DNA of 64,000 bases, taken from the NCBI GenBank assembly GCA_013239625.1, contig MU053645.1:1294274-1358273 (forward strand). Direction: 5' to 3'. How positions within the stretch are numbered: position 1 is the stretch's first letter; each line of letters starts with the position of its first letter. This stretch comes from Lama guanicoe. Taxonomy: Eukaryota. The notes beneath the pieces were generated by a model that was not told the DNA's origin, did not search any database, and saw only the letters and a program-made list of their open reading frames with translations. Positions 35,801 through 48,082 of the stretch are shown here, piece by piece. The position numbers were made by a program, and so were the translations under genes.

Positions 35801-37282
35801 TGACATACGACAATCTAAACATATGTGGTTTTGCTTCCCCTTTCCGTGGCACGTTATATAAGAGCTGAAACAGCATCTAAGGAGCTGAGAAAGAAGGTTT
35901 AGATGTCATTGGAATATGAGAAAAGCTAGTTAAGAGTATGTAAATCTACATAGGAAAAGAGCATTAACACACCAAATCCCTATCCAAAACCCCCTAGAAT
36001 CATTCATCTCCACAAAACATCTGTGCTGTCCATGAAAAATTAAATGCATGTGGAGTCCTTTTTCCCCAGGAAGGGATGGCATAGAAGTGTCTACCCTTGT
36101 TCCTCGTAACTTCCAAAGTGACTGGCTGGCAATAAAGATATAGCCTAGGGCTAGGGTCAGGAGTACGGCCTGTTAATGTACTGTGGGGACACTGGCTGAC
36201 TGTAAAAGGAACAGTCCCATTTGGTTCTAGAAGCAGCAGGAACCAGAGGCTTGCTTTCACCCTTGAGCAGCTCATACCTCCAGCTAAATATCTGTTCGCC
36301 ACACCAGCCTCTCCATCTTTAGTCTCAGGACAATGCAAGAGGAGAAACCATTGAAATGGAATTTGCTTTGGTCTCAACCTCCCTTTCTGTGGAAAAGCTC
36401 CTCGCTTGCTCTCTCCAGTCCTACTGCCAGATTGTAAACTAGTAAATCTCAGCGCAAGCAGCTGAAGGCCACGTAGGCCCAGCTGCCCATTGGAGGCCTT
36501 GGGAGAAACATCTGTCATGTGTTACACACCAGGGGCTTGAATTATGGCACACAGTGCTAAGGAGGATCCATCTATTAAAAGGACTTTTTTTCAGAAAGTA
36601 TCTTCAGTTAACTCTGAGATCGTCTACACCTGGAAGTGGAATCTCTTCTTTCCTCGGTGGGAGGTGGGTGGTAGGCAGGCAGGGCTTAGTGAAAGCACCT
36701 GCCAGAATGCCACCATTATACAGAACGCTGACAAGGCAAATCATGCTGCGTACCCAAGTGGGTTTTGTCAGGTTCTTCCAGTTGTCAGTGGCTTAGTGAA
36801 ATCATTAGGGAATTCCCCCAAGACCCCAGAACGCACATCATCTGGGCCTGCTGATCGGTACATATTTCAAGTTTGTTCACTTGCCTGCATTTTTTTTATC
36901 AGCTGCTATTGCTCAGATTTTTCTTACTGCCTAAATGTCTCCACTCTTTGTTTCTTTTCCTAAAGAATACACACACAATAGACATATATTATGTATTTAT
37001 CTACGTGTGCGCACACATTTATACATTCATACATATACATATATACATATGTTGTTAAGGGTTGTAGTTGTGTGTGTATATTGGATGTATAGCCACTTGG
37101 AGGAGAGTTGCTGTTGAAAGATCTGATCTTCCTCAAGCACAAATACCCTAAACAAGACCTCCATAATTAATTCATTCCACGTTGCTATGCCCATATTTTT
37201 CTGTTCAAATCAACTCCCTGTTTACTGACCCAGAGGCCTCAAGGTTTAGACAGAATGCAGTTTGGGGGCAGAAAATGCTTTA

Positions 37283-37465
37283 GGGCAGTGCTCAAGCTTC
37301 TGCATCAAAATCCCCTGGAGAGTTTGTTAAAACAGACCTCTGAGCACACTCCAGTTTGATTCAGTAGGTCTGGTGGGGAGGAGGGTGCTAAGAGTTTGCA
37401 TTTCTGACAAATTTCCAGGTGACACTGACGCTGTTGGCCCAGGGAACACACTTTGAAAACCAGTG
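37283..37465. mobile_element. MER5A hAT-Charlie MITE
   Basis: cagtgctcaagc...gattcagtaggtctgg...tttgcatttctgacaaatttccaggtga...acactttgaaaaccagtg. Confidence 0.85.
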
Positions 37466-37514
37466 CTGTGGGAGCTATGGTGAAGAGGCTTGGATGCTTG
37501 TGATGCAAGCCTGC

Positions 37515-37542
37515 CTGACTCTGACTCTGACTCTGACTCTGA
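37515..37542. repeat. (CTGACT)n hexamer repeat, about 4.5 copies
   Basis: ctgactctgactctgactctgactctga. Confidence 0.85.
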
Positions 37543-37898
37543 TCCATAGATCAAACAGAGCTCCCCAGGCACAGATCAAGAGAGAAAAATAAGACTTCTG
37601 TTTCCATGTGCCAATCTGAGAGAAAGGACTGTACAGTTTTATACCACCTCTCTCCTACAGCTAGGCGAGTTTGCGCAGAATGGGGGTAGCGGGCACTCGT
37701 GAGGACATGAAGGGGAGAAATAAGGACTAACATGTAGTGAGCTCGTCTGTGTTTGCTGCACACTGATCTTTACACTAAGACAGATGAATGAGAAAAATGA
37801 TGACTTTACCAGTTCACAACTGCCCTAGGCACGCTTAATGCTGCAAGGCTCAAATTTTAGTGTGAAAATTTAGATTACAAGAGTCCTCAAGAGACCTC

Positions 37899-38160
37899 TT
37901 TTTGTTTTTATTGAAGGATAGTTGATTTGCAGTGCTGTGTTAGTTTCTGGTGCACAGCATTGTGATTCAATTATACATATAGATTCTTTTTCATTATAGG
38001 TTACTGCAAGATACTGAATATAGTTCCCTGTGCTATCCAAAAGTACCTTGTTGTTTATCTATTTTATATACAGTAGTTAGTATCTGCAAATTTCGAACTC
38101 ACAGTTTATCCCTCCCAACCCCTTTTCCCCTTTGGTAACCGTAAGTTTGTTTTCTACGTC
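37899..38160 (-). mobile_element. Artiodactyl L1 3' tail
   Basis: ttttattgaaggatagttgattt...tagttccctgtgctat...ggtaaccgtaagtttgttttctacgtc; degenerate TSD cctcaagagac / cctcatcagac. Confidence 0.88.
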
Positions 38161-39539
38161 CTCATCAGACTTTCTTGGTGTGAATCTTAGGTCACTGGCC
38201 CAGGAACTCACATTTTAACAAGCAATTCTGCTGCAGGTGGCCGAACACATAGGAAAGAGATGAGAATAATGCTTATAAGAAAATCTAGAGGCAAGTGTTG
38301 CAGGCAACATACTCAGGGGTAGCAAACTAATGGAGTGATCAGAGTGAAATTTTTTCTGCAAATGACACTAAGGATTTTTGGAAATGTAAACAGGGATTTG
38401 TTTGGTAAAGAAGCTATCTCCAGCACTGAAGGAGAAACTGAAAAATGAGTGAATTAGGCAATGCTTTTGTAGAAAGATTTATACATTTTCTTCAAAGCCC
38501 TGGTCTTAACTAATGATGTCCTCAATAGTGCCTCTATGAACCCACCTTGCCCCTTTAGAAAAATGAACAAATAGAAACCTGGAGCCCACTTTGTCCCTGG
38601 TCACACAACAAGATAAGTCACTGAACTAAGATTAGAACTCGGGCCTCAGGACTGTCCGAGATGCCACAGCTGTGCCAGGCTGGAGTCACAGGAAGAGGTA
38701 ACTGGAAAACACTTTGTGGTCTACTAGGTTGGTGTCATTTTGGGTGCTGCACCATGTTTTTGTGTTGGGAGCTCATAAAATGTGGTGCTAGTTAACGGGA
38801 ACTAGAATAAACAAGCAGACTTCCTCTTCCACTTAGGTGTGTTTTGCCTTCTGGGCTGTTCTCTAAGACTGCAGTCCCAAGAGGGGTTTGGGGAGGGAGA
38901 AGGGCCGAGACACCACCCGGGCCCATTACTCTCACTACTCTTTGCTTTATCATTATTTTAGGAACACAACAAGACTCTGCTCCACTACAAGCTTTTTTAA
39001 AATAAAGTTATTTGGGGGAAATTAGCATAATCTGGTGTTCTTTTGCCATCTGCAAACTGCATTTACCTGAAGCAGCTTTCCCTAATTATTATATACCTTC
39101 ATGTATCCACGATGGCCTCATCCATCTATACAGGGAAGAGTTTTGCCTAATGAAAAAATCACTGAAGAAAGGCCAATCAGGGCCATATTTAAAGAGCCAG
39201 GACACAGTCACTCTCCTGTTGGTCGGAACATGTAGCATCCGCTAAATGTAAAAACCATGATCCAGAGAGCTGGTCTCAAAGACCACCCAGCCTCAGGAAT
39301 TAAAGGACACAAAGGCACTGACCAGAAGAATAGACTTAAATAGGTATCAAATGTTGGCTGGAGCCTCTAAATCTAACTGAATCCTTACTATCCTACGGAT
39401 CAGGTCAAAAGGCATATATTTCACCCCAACTTGCCCTCCTGATCCTTAAATCTCATTAGATGTGAAAAAGAACCCCAATTCTTCAATTTCTTACCTAATT
39501 ATCGGGAGAAGATAGACATCTTGGGATGGGGTTTTGTTG

Positions 39540-39660
39540 ATTGGCTCTTTGAGTAATCTAACTTTCCAACTTGTCAGAATACTTGTTGTTCTGTAGCATT
39601 TGGGAGAGGGGGAAGCTATAAATAAACAGAGCTGTGAGAGCACAGCCCACTGTCAGCATG
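39540..39660 (+). promoter_or_regulatory. Candidate TATA/MEF2 and CCAAT core promoter or enhancer
   Basis: ATTGG at 39540-39544; CTATAAATAA at 39616-39625 fits both TATA and MEF2 consensus; non-repetitive context. Confidence 0.3.
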
Positions 39661-40639
39661 GCTTGCAAGCCATCCTATTAGAAAAATGCTCTCTGGATTT
39701 TGCCTTATTACCTTCCCTGTTCAGTAGCTGGCCTCTGCCCAAGGTTAGGCTGGAATATTTTAGGTACTTGACATTTCACCTTCCATTTCTTCCAGCTCTT
39801 ATTTTTTTCCCTCTACTGCAGGGAACAGGAGAGATGCACCTCATTTCCCAGGATACAGAGATAATTTTAATGAAAATAAGGGTGTTGGATACAAGAAGAA
39901 GAATGCAGACATGATTTTTTTGCCTATTGTAAAAGAATGCTCAGTATCAAAGACAGAAGCAAAACAGTACCTAAGTAACAAACTTTCAGCAGAGCCTGAT
40001 CTCTTAAAGCCAATTATTCCTTCCTTTTCAAGACACACAAGTCATGCAATAGAGCAAGTCAATATGCGTTTCTCCTTTCCTGACATACGGCAAACCTCTC
40101 CCTGGGCAAACAGTTCTTTGCAAATCAACATCAAACATTCCCTTCACTTGTGTCCCACCCCCATGCATAGCCATGTGCAACTATCCTCCTTGGCTTTCAT
40201 ATGGTCTACAGCATCCAGTTTGCTTTGATTTTGAGCAAAAATCACAGTGGTCTTCTCTAACTGTGGTACCATGCAGAGAAGGTGTTCTGGGAGAAGTGTA
40301 TACTGTGTTCTCAATTGATTTCTTGGGGAAAGCCACTCTGCCTTGCCTCATCTTCCTTTCTTTTCTGCTCCCAGTTTGCCCTTTCTACCCTCATGGCTGG
40401 TGAAGTGAGTGTTTGAAAAGAGGAAAAAAAAAAAAGAAAACCCCTTTTTCTGCTTCAGCGCTACTACCTCAAGTCTTATACGCAAAATAGGACTTGCACA
40501 ACTCCTCATACACTTCTAAAACCAATGAATTTGAGCTGATACATCAATATCAGATCTTGAGATGGCAACCCAGGGGCAGTATCGAGCTCATTTGTGTTCA
40601 ATGGGTGTAGTGTTGTTGAAAATGATACAAATAAATAGT

Positions 40640-40850
40640 GGCCATGGATCGATCACTTAACTATTGCAAAGCACTTTACATGTTCCATGTCATTTCATCT
40701 TCATTCATTACTATTATTATCTACATTCTACAGTTTCACAAACTAAGGCACAGAGAAGTTGTTTAATTTATAGTAGTGGAACTGAGACTTAAAACCAGAT
40801 ATGTATGACTCCAAAGCCTGTGCTTTTGATCACTGCATTTTACTGCCACA
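40640..40850 (-). mobile_element. MIR SINE
   Basis: aaactaaggcacagagaagtt...tgactccaaagcctgtgcttt. Confidence 0.75.
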
Positions 40851-41849
40851 TAGACTCAGATCAACTCTGCCAAGAGGTATTTTCCATTTAAAAGAGGAAA
40901 CAGTTTGAACATTATTGTTGTGCTTTTCTCTTTTGCCTTTTTGAGTACTTAACTCACACCCTATTCTGCCTGAGGTAATTATTTGAGGAGAGGGTGGGAG
41001 TGGGTGGCAGAGACATTAGCATTTACAACAGAAGAAGAAGAAATGAAGACAAAGACAGGACAGTATTCGTCTCTGACATACAAAATAGGATCGTGCAGTA
41101 GAGCAATAGCCTTCAAGCCAGGCTTTTGTCTTATGACAATAACAATAGTGTAATTAATAAGATTTTTACTACTGCCTAAATGTCTCTACTCCTTTCCATG
41201 TCTTGCTAGGAATTACACACACACATTATATGTAATTCTATGTAAAAAAAATTACACATGTATCCAAATTCCTTTATCTCTTTCTTTAGCAAATCAAGGG
41301 TTAAGTTTTAAGGATCCAGATCATAGAGTGCCTCAGAAAAATAATCCATTTTCCTGTGACAGCTGGGCTAACTCCATGATAGAAGCTAGGATACAATCTA
41401 GTCAGGGTGAAAAAAGCTTCCCAGTCCTGAAAAATTGTGAGAGGAAGAAGGGAGAGAGAAGAGCAGAAGAGACAGATGAGTGTACCAGGAGAGTCACAGT
41501 GATGTAAGTGAGAGAACACTGCTCCCCAGCAGGAACATGGGAGGAGGTTACCTCATAGACACAACACGAGCTCAGATATACGGATTACATGTCTACCGTG
41601 CTTCCCACCCTACTGCAGCCAAATCACTAGGATTGTCAGTTTCAACTCAACCAAAGCAGAATCAATATGGTCCTATAAACTTAGAAACCTGTTCTCCAGC
41701 TTTTCCCTAAGTTGTTATAGCAGAGTATTTAAGCCTGAATGTCAAACCAATATCTTCTAAGGAGTATGCTGTATTATTTATTTGCTGTATGACAAATTGA
41801 AGAACTTGCCATCTGCTTTACTTGGAGCCCTTTTCCAAATGAGGAGGTA

Positions 41850-42061
41850 GGATAGTGTCATTGTTAAGAGTACATACAGGCTCTGGAATCAGACTGGCCT
41901 CTGATCAAATCCAGCTCTGCCACTTCCCACCTGTGTGACCTTGAAAATATTACCTAACCTCCCTGGGCCTTAATTTGCTCATATGTTAAAATGGAGGGGT
42001 GGTTTTGAGGATTAAATGGGATGCTACATGTTAAGTACTCAGCACAGACCCCAGGGTATGG
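41850..42061 (+). mobile_element. MIR SINE interrupted near its 3' end by the ERV1 provirus (resumes ~53323-53343)
   Basis: ggctctggaatcagac...ctgtgtgaccttg...gaggattaaatg...agcacag; continuation atagttagcataaaataaatg after the 3' LTR. Confidence 0.8.
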
Positions 42062-42651
42062 TGTTGAAAAGAAGCAACAGGCCCAAAATAGAGTCACCTG
42101 TGCTAAGCCCCCATATCAGCAAACCAAAACTTAATACCTAACCTAACTGTCGTTACAGCCTCCCTCAGGAATGCAATCTTTACTGATCAGTGTAGAATTT
42201 TCTGGTCAGCACCAATGAGGTAATCTGCCACATAGCCCACTTCCATACCCTATGGGTAGGTTACCTAAGCCTGAAACGATCCACTCTTTTCCCCTTTCTC
42301 CCTATAAAAGCCTTCCATTTTGTACAGCCCCGCCGAGCTCCTTTCTACTTGCTAGATGGGATGCTGTTCAATTCATGAATCATTGAATAAAGCCAATTAA
42401 ATCTTTAAAACTTACTTGGTTGAATTTTTGTTATTTAACAGATTTGGTGGCAGTGACAGGACCTGAAGTAAACTCCTGATGACATTTGGGGAACAATGAA
42501 AAACACAGGTGTGGTGCCCGAGAGAACCCCTTTTTGAATTCACTGTCTTTCTCACCATTTCTGAGAGCCGTAGGTAAGTTCCTCTCAGTTCTGAGTTCCA
42601 CTGTCTTTGCATTGAGCTCCCGATCTAGTTGGTTTTCCATTACGGGGTGGA

Positions 42652-42752
42652 TCAGCTTGAGCTGGCAGATGGCTTTGTCCAGAGCCCAGTTGAGCTGGCA
42701 AATGGTTCTGCCCAGAGCCCAATTGAGCTGGCAGACAGTTCTGCCCAGAGCC
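42652..42752 (+). repeat. Three ~33-bp tandem repeats in the ERV leader
   Basis: ttgagctggcagatggctttgtccagagccca / ttgagctggcaaatggttctgcccagagccca / ttgagctggcagacagttctgcccagagcca. Confidence 0.9.
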
Positions 42753-44157
42753 AAGTCTCTAGTCTTTCAGACTGCAATTCCCAGAAATATGAGTGGAAAC
42801 CCCCCAGCTCTTGATTCTGCCTGAAGATCCACATGGGAACTGTTAGTGGCAGTGCACAGTTCCCCATCTATGTGGAGCTCCCAGTCTATAGTTTCCATTT
42901 GCTGAGGTCTGCTGTCTCAATCCTTTCTCCAGTCCAACATTCCACAGGAAGTATTGGTGGTGTACACAGGGCCTTATCTTGCCAGGACCCAGTAACATCC
43001 CTTGGTTACTGCCAATATATTGAGGTGCACATGTTTGTCTTGTTCTGTGTAGATAAAGGCTAGCCAAAAGAGATGGGATTTTTAATTTCTAAAGAGTCGA
43101 GTATGCCATCTTCCGGCACACCTGCTTATTTTACATCTAAGAATTATATTCCCAGAAGCTGTAAATATCTACCCCAAAATGGCAAAGGCTTACTTTAAAA
43201 AATCCCTAAAATTACAATAGCCATTATGGGGAATATTCCAATTAGACAAGATCATTCATTTAAGAAGTGTACTTGAAAGTAAGGATTCTGTATTAAACAA
43301 ACAGAATGGGACACCTATGCAGAAGCTTCCAAAAGGCTTCAGGATTCTAAAATGGATCCACTGAAAGACTCCTTACAAAAGGAGGCTAATGAAAAATTAA
43401 AAACACAAGAGGTACCTAAAATAAAAAACGATAAGACTGCTATGGCTTCTACCCTCCTTCTACCCTCTAGCTTTCTTTACCTGTGTGCTCCTGTTTCACT
43501 AATTTTCTGTCTGAACTACTTTCCTCTCTAACGAGTCTATTAAAGTTATCTTTTAAAATAAAAGCACCTAAGGTTGCAGACAAGCCTCCTCAGGTATCTT
43601 TCACTCCTTGGTCAAAGACTGAACTAAGGGCCATAGTTAAAGAATTTCTTAACCTAGTGAGGATCCCCAAAAGGTTTTTTGAAGACGTTAGAGTCATTAT
43701 CAGGGCCTATAACCTTGAGCTGCCAGAACTTTATCAGCTTGTGCCCATGTTGGTAGAACCTGGTGAAGCCCCAAAATGGATGCAGGAAGCAAAATGTCAA
43801 ACCCCCAAGGATGATACTTGAGATCTTCAACCAAAGAAAGTGCACAAAATAGCAACTGACCATTTATAAGTCATCCCTAGAGTCTTCCCTGCTCATACTA
43901 ATTGAGCTATCATTCAAACATGCAAACAAAAGAAAGATGAATATATGGCAGATGTTAAAGCCCATTTGGAAACCCTATTCCTATGACATTCTGGGTCCCA
44001 CACATTAAACAGGGTCACCCAACCTGCTCTGGCTGCCCTATTTGTAAACAAATTATCTCCCAAGATGAGTGGACTGATAAAAAGTCAGAAAATAGGATGG
44101 GAGGTCACTATTCTGACTGAATATGTGACCGTAGCTGAGCACTTTGAAAGGAACTTA

Positions 44158-44728
44158 TGAGACAGAGGGTACTTATCAATTAGATCTGTCAAACCTATAA
44201 CCTGCCTTCACTGATAAAGCTTGTTTTAATTGTTACTACAAAAAAACTTGCATGTCCTCCAAGCATCACATGGCCTAAAAAGTGAGATGTTTGCCCAAAT
44301 TGTTTTTTCAGGAACTTAGAGTCAGCTGTCAAACCGGTTAAGACTGATTGGGACCACCAACTCTCCAACTGGGCATGCTTGAATGTCCACTTGGTGACCA
44401 TTTGACTTCAGAGGGCCAAAAATTTCCATCCTCAAAACATTTTAATGCCACCATTTTCTAAACGTGCATTGCATGAAGAAGACTGTGGCTTAACTGCTGC
44501 TGTGCAGGATGACAATTATCTCACCTTTTTCTTACCTTCAATCAGTTTTCCCCATGCTTTATCTGATAAATATCATGAGTCCCTCAACTTTGGGGAGGCA
44601 TATTTGAGATTCATTCGCCCATCTCCTCACTTGGCTACTTCATGAATAAACCCTTTCTCTACTGCAAACCTGAATGTCTCAGTATTTGGCTTGCTGCACA
44701 TCAAGCAAATGAACCTGGTTTGGTAATA
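44158..44728 (+). mobile_element. Solo ERV1 LTR nested in gag
   Basis: tgagacagag...aataaacc...ggtttggtaata; TSD ctta/cttg; gag reads EHFERNL before and EQDGKK after. Confidence 0.8.
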
Positions 44729-45399
44729 CTTGGAGCAAGATGGTAAAAAAAATCTGTCAAGCTATTGGTCTTACAGCCACAACAGATCCTAGGCCAGGGA
44801 CCTAAAATAACACCCGGGCTCCCCCACCTTGCACCCTTCTAGGAGTCTGCCATTAAAACAATGGCCCAAAGTTCAGTGTTTCATTTGTAATCAGCTGGGA
44901 CACTGGAAAAATATTGTCCTTAAAGATCCTGTGCAAATTCTTCAGCTCAAGTGCCTCCATGCCTACCCCCAAGGGAGGGCCCCGCTATGTAGGCCCTACT
45001 CAGAGTTGACTGGACTTGAAAGGATTCTCTGGTAAGCTGATACCAGTAATTTCCTTAAACAGCCAAGGGGAACTAAAATTAAAATTTATTTAAAAAAATA
45101 ACCTTACCAAATTCTGATAAATATCAGAGCTACATTCTCCATTTTAAACCTCACTCAGAATATATAAATGGGATCCTGAGAAAGCTGGAAAAAGCCAGCA
45201 AAGGGGTAAAAATTCTTACCAGAGTCAGTTCTCCCAGATCCCTGGCTATAGTACTTGGTAGAGACAGGAAAATAAAATATCTTTTGCATCCTCTTTGGGG
45301 ATGCCACTTGCATCCAAGGGGCTGCTCAATACTGCCAGAAATATTTATGATTTGTCCTGACTAAAAAATTGGCAAGATATTTTAAATGATTATATTTGG

Positions 45400-47748
45400 T
45401 ATCTCCATGCCAAAAAAGCATTTGATAAAATTCAACAACCATTCATGATAAAAAACTCTTACCAAAGTGGGTATAGAGGGAACATATCTCAACATAATAA
45501 AAGCTATTTATAACAAACTTACAGCCAGCATAGCACTCAATGGTGAAAAACGGAAAGCCTTCCCACTAAAATCTGGAACAAGACAAGGATGCCCACTCTC
45601 ACCACTTCTATTCAACATAGTATTGGAAGTCCTAGCCACAGCAATCAAAAAAGAAAAAGAAATAAAAGGTACCCAAACTGGAAACGAAGAGGTAAAATTG
45701 TCTTTATATGCAGATGACATGATACTATATATAGAAAACCCTAAAGACGCCACACAAAAACTACTAGAACTGATAAACAAATTCAGCAAGGTAACAGGAT
45801 ACAAGATTAACATGCAGAAATCTGTTGCATTTCTTTACACTAACAATGAAATATCTGAAAGGAAAAGTAAAAAAAAAAATCTTTTAAAACCACACCAAAA
45901 ACAAATAAAATACCTAGGAATAAACCTGACCAAGGAGGTGAAAGACTTATATGCTAAGAACTATAAAACATTGATAAAGGAAATTAAAGATAGTTTTAAA
46001 AAATGGAAAGATATCCCATGCTCTTGGATTGGAAGAATTAATATTGTTGAAATGACCATACCACCCAAAGCAATCTACAGATTTAATGGGATCCCTATCA
46101 AATTACCCAGGACATTTTTCACAGAACTAGAACAAATAATCCTAAAATTTATATGGAATCACAAAAGACCCAGAATTTCCAAAGCAATACTGAAGAAAAA
46201 GAACGAAGCAGGAGGAATAACCCTCTCAGACTTCAGAAAATACTACAGAGCTACAGTAATCAAAACAGCATGGTATTCACATGAAAACGGACATATGGCC
46301 CAAGGGAACAGAATAGAGAGCTCAGAAATAAACCCACACACACCTAAAGTCAATCTTTGACAAAGGAGGCAAGAATATACAATGGAGAAAACATAGCCTC
46401 TTTGACAAGTGATATTGGGAAAGCTGGACAGCCACATGTAAATCAATGAAGTTAGAACACTCCCTCACACCATATGAAAAAATAAATTCAAAATGGCTTA
46501 AAGACTTAAAGACATGACACTATAAAATTCCAAGAAGAGAACATAGGCAAAACATTCTCTGACATAAATCGTATCAATGTTTTCCTAGGTCACTCTCTCT
46601 AGGCAAAATAAATAAAACCAAAATTAAACAAATGGGACCTAATTAAACTTACAAACTTTTACAAAGCAAAAGAAACCATAAACAAAATGAAAAGACAACC
46701 TACGAATTGGAAGAAAATATTTACAAACAATGCAACTGACAAGGGTTTAACTTTCAGAATATACAAACATCTCATACAACTCAATAACAACAACAACAAA
46801 ACAATCAAAAAATGGTCAGAAGACCTAAACATACATTTTTCCAATGAAGACATACAGATGGCCAAGAGGCATATGAAAAAAATGCTAATATCACTAATTA
46901 TCAGAGAAATGCAAATCAAAACTACAATGAGATGTCACTTCACACCAGTCAGAATGACCATCGTTAAAAATTCTACAGATAATAAATGCTGGAGAGGGTG
47001 TGGAGAAAAGTGAACCCTCCTACACTGTTGATGGAAATGTAATTTGGTGCAGCCATTATGGAACACAGTATGGAGGTTCCTGAAAAAACTAAAAATAGAG
47101 CTATCAGATGATCTAGCAATCTCACTCCTGGGCATATATCTAGAGAAAACTTTAATCTGAAAAGATACATGCACTCAAGTGTTCATATCAGCACTATTTA
47201 CAATAGCCAAGACATGGATGCAATCTAAATGTCGATTGACAGATGACTGGATAAGGAAGATGTGAGATATATATAAAATATATATATATATGAATACTAT
47301 TCAGCCATAAAAAATGAAATTTGCAGCAACATAGATGGACCTAGATATTATCATACTAAGTGAAATAAGTAAGACAGAGAAAAACAAATATCATATGATA
47401 TCACTTACATGTGGAATCTAAAATATGATACAAGTGAACTTATTTACAAAACAGAAAGAGACTCAGACATAGCAAACAAACTTATGGTTACCAAAGGGGA
47501 GGTGAGGGAAGGAATAAATTACGAATTTTGGATTGGCAGATACAAAGTACTATATATAAAGCAGATAAACAACAAGGTCCTACTGTATAGCTCAGAGAAC
47601 TACAGTCAATATTTGTAATAATGTATAATAAAAAAGAATATGAAAAATTATATATATGTATATATATGTATAACTGAATCACTATGCTGTACACCAGAAA
47701 GTAATACAACATTGTAAATCAACTATACCCTAATAAAAAAATTAAAAA
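45400..47748 (+). mobile_element. 5'-truncated artiodactyl L1 (ORF2 RT to poly(A)) nested in ERV1
   Basis: 297-aa ORF 45467-46360 with [35 protein letters not shown]; broken downstream; 3'UTR and A-rich tail; possible TSD aaaaattggcaa / aaaaataggcaa. Confidence 0.95.
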
Positions 47749-48082
47749 TAGGCAAAGTTAAAATGTAAAAGAATCAAACTATTTTGCCTGGTCTCCTCTG
47801 GGAATTCTTATCTAGACCATCCCAAATTCCTAAGACTAAATGAAAAAATAAAGGAGGAAAGAGGCTTTTAAAAAATACAAACTGCTCCATAGTTTCCATA
47901 AGATTACTTGTCAAGGACAAATACAAAATTTAAGTGTATTCTCCACAAATTTTAGTAGAAAAAATCTTCAGCCATCTGATCAGGTAAACTTAAATTATTC
48001 CAACTGTTCTTTTATGACTAGTGAGTTTTAATCATACCTGTCCATGGTTAAACATTTTCCCCTCTGTTTTAATCAGCCTACA

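Noticed and set aside
42431..42867. ORFs with 11-aa repeats, or a CRISPR-like array
   Set aside because: Produced by the 33-bp tandem repeat in the ERV leader; no spacers; eukaryotic DNA.
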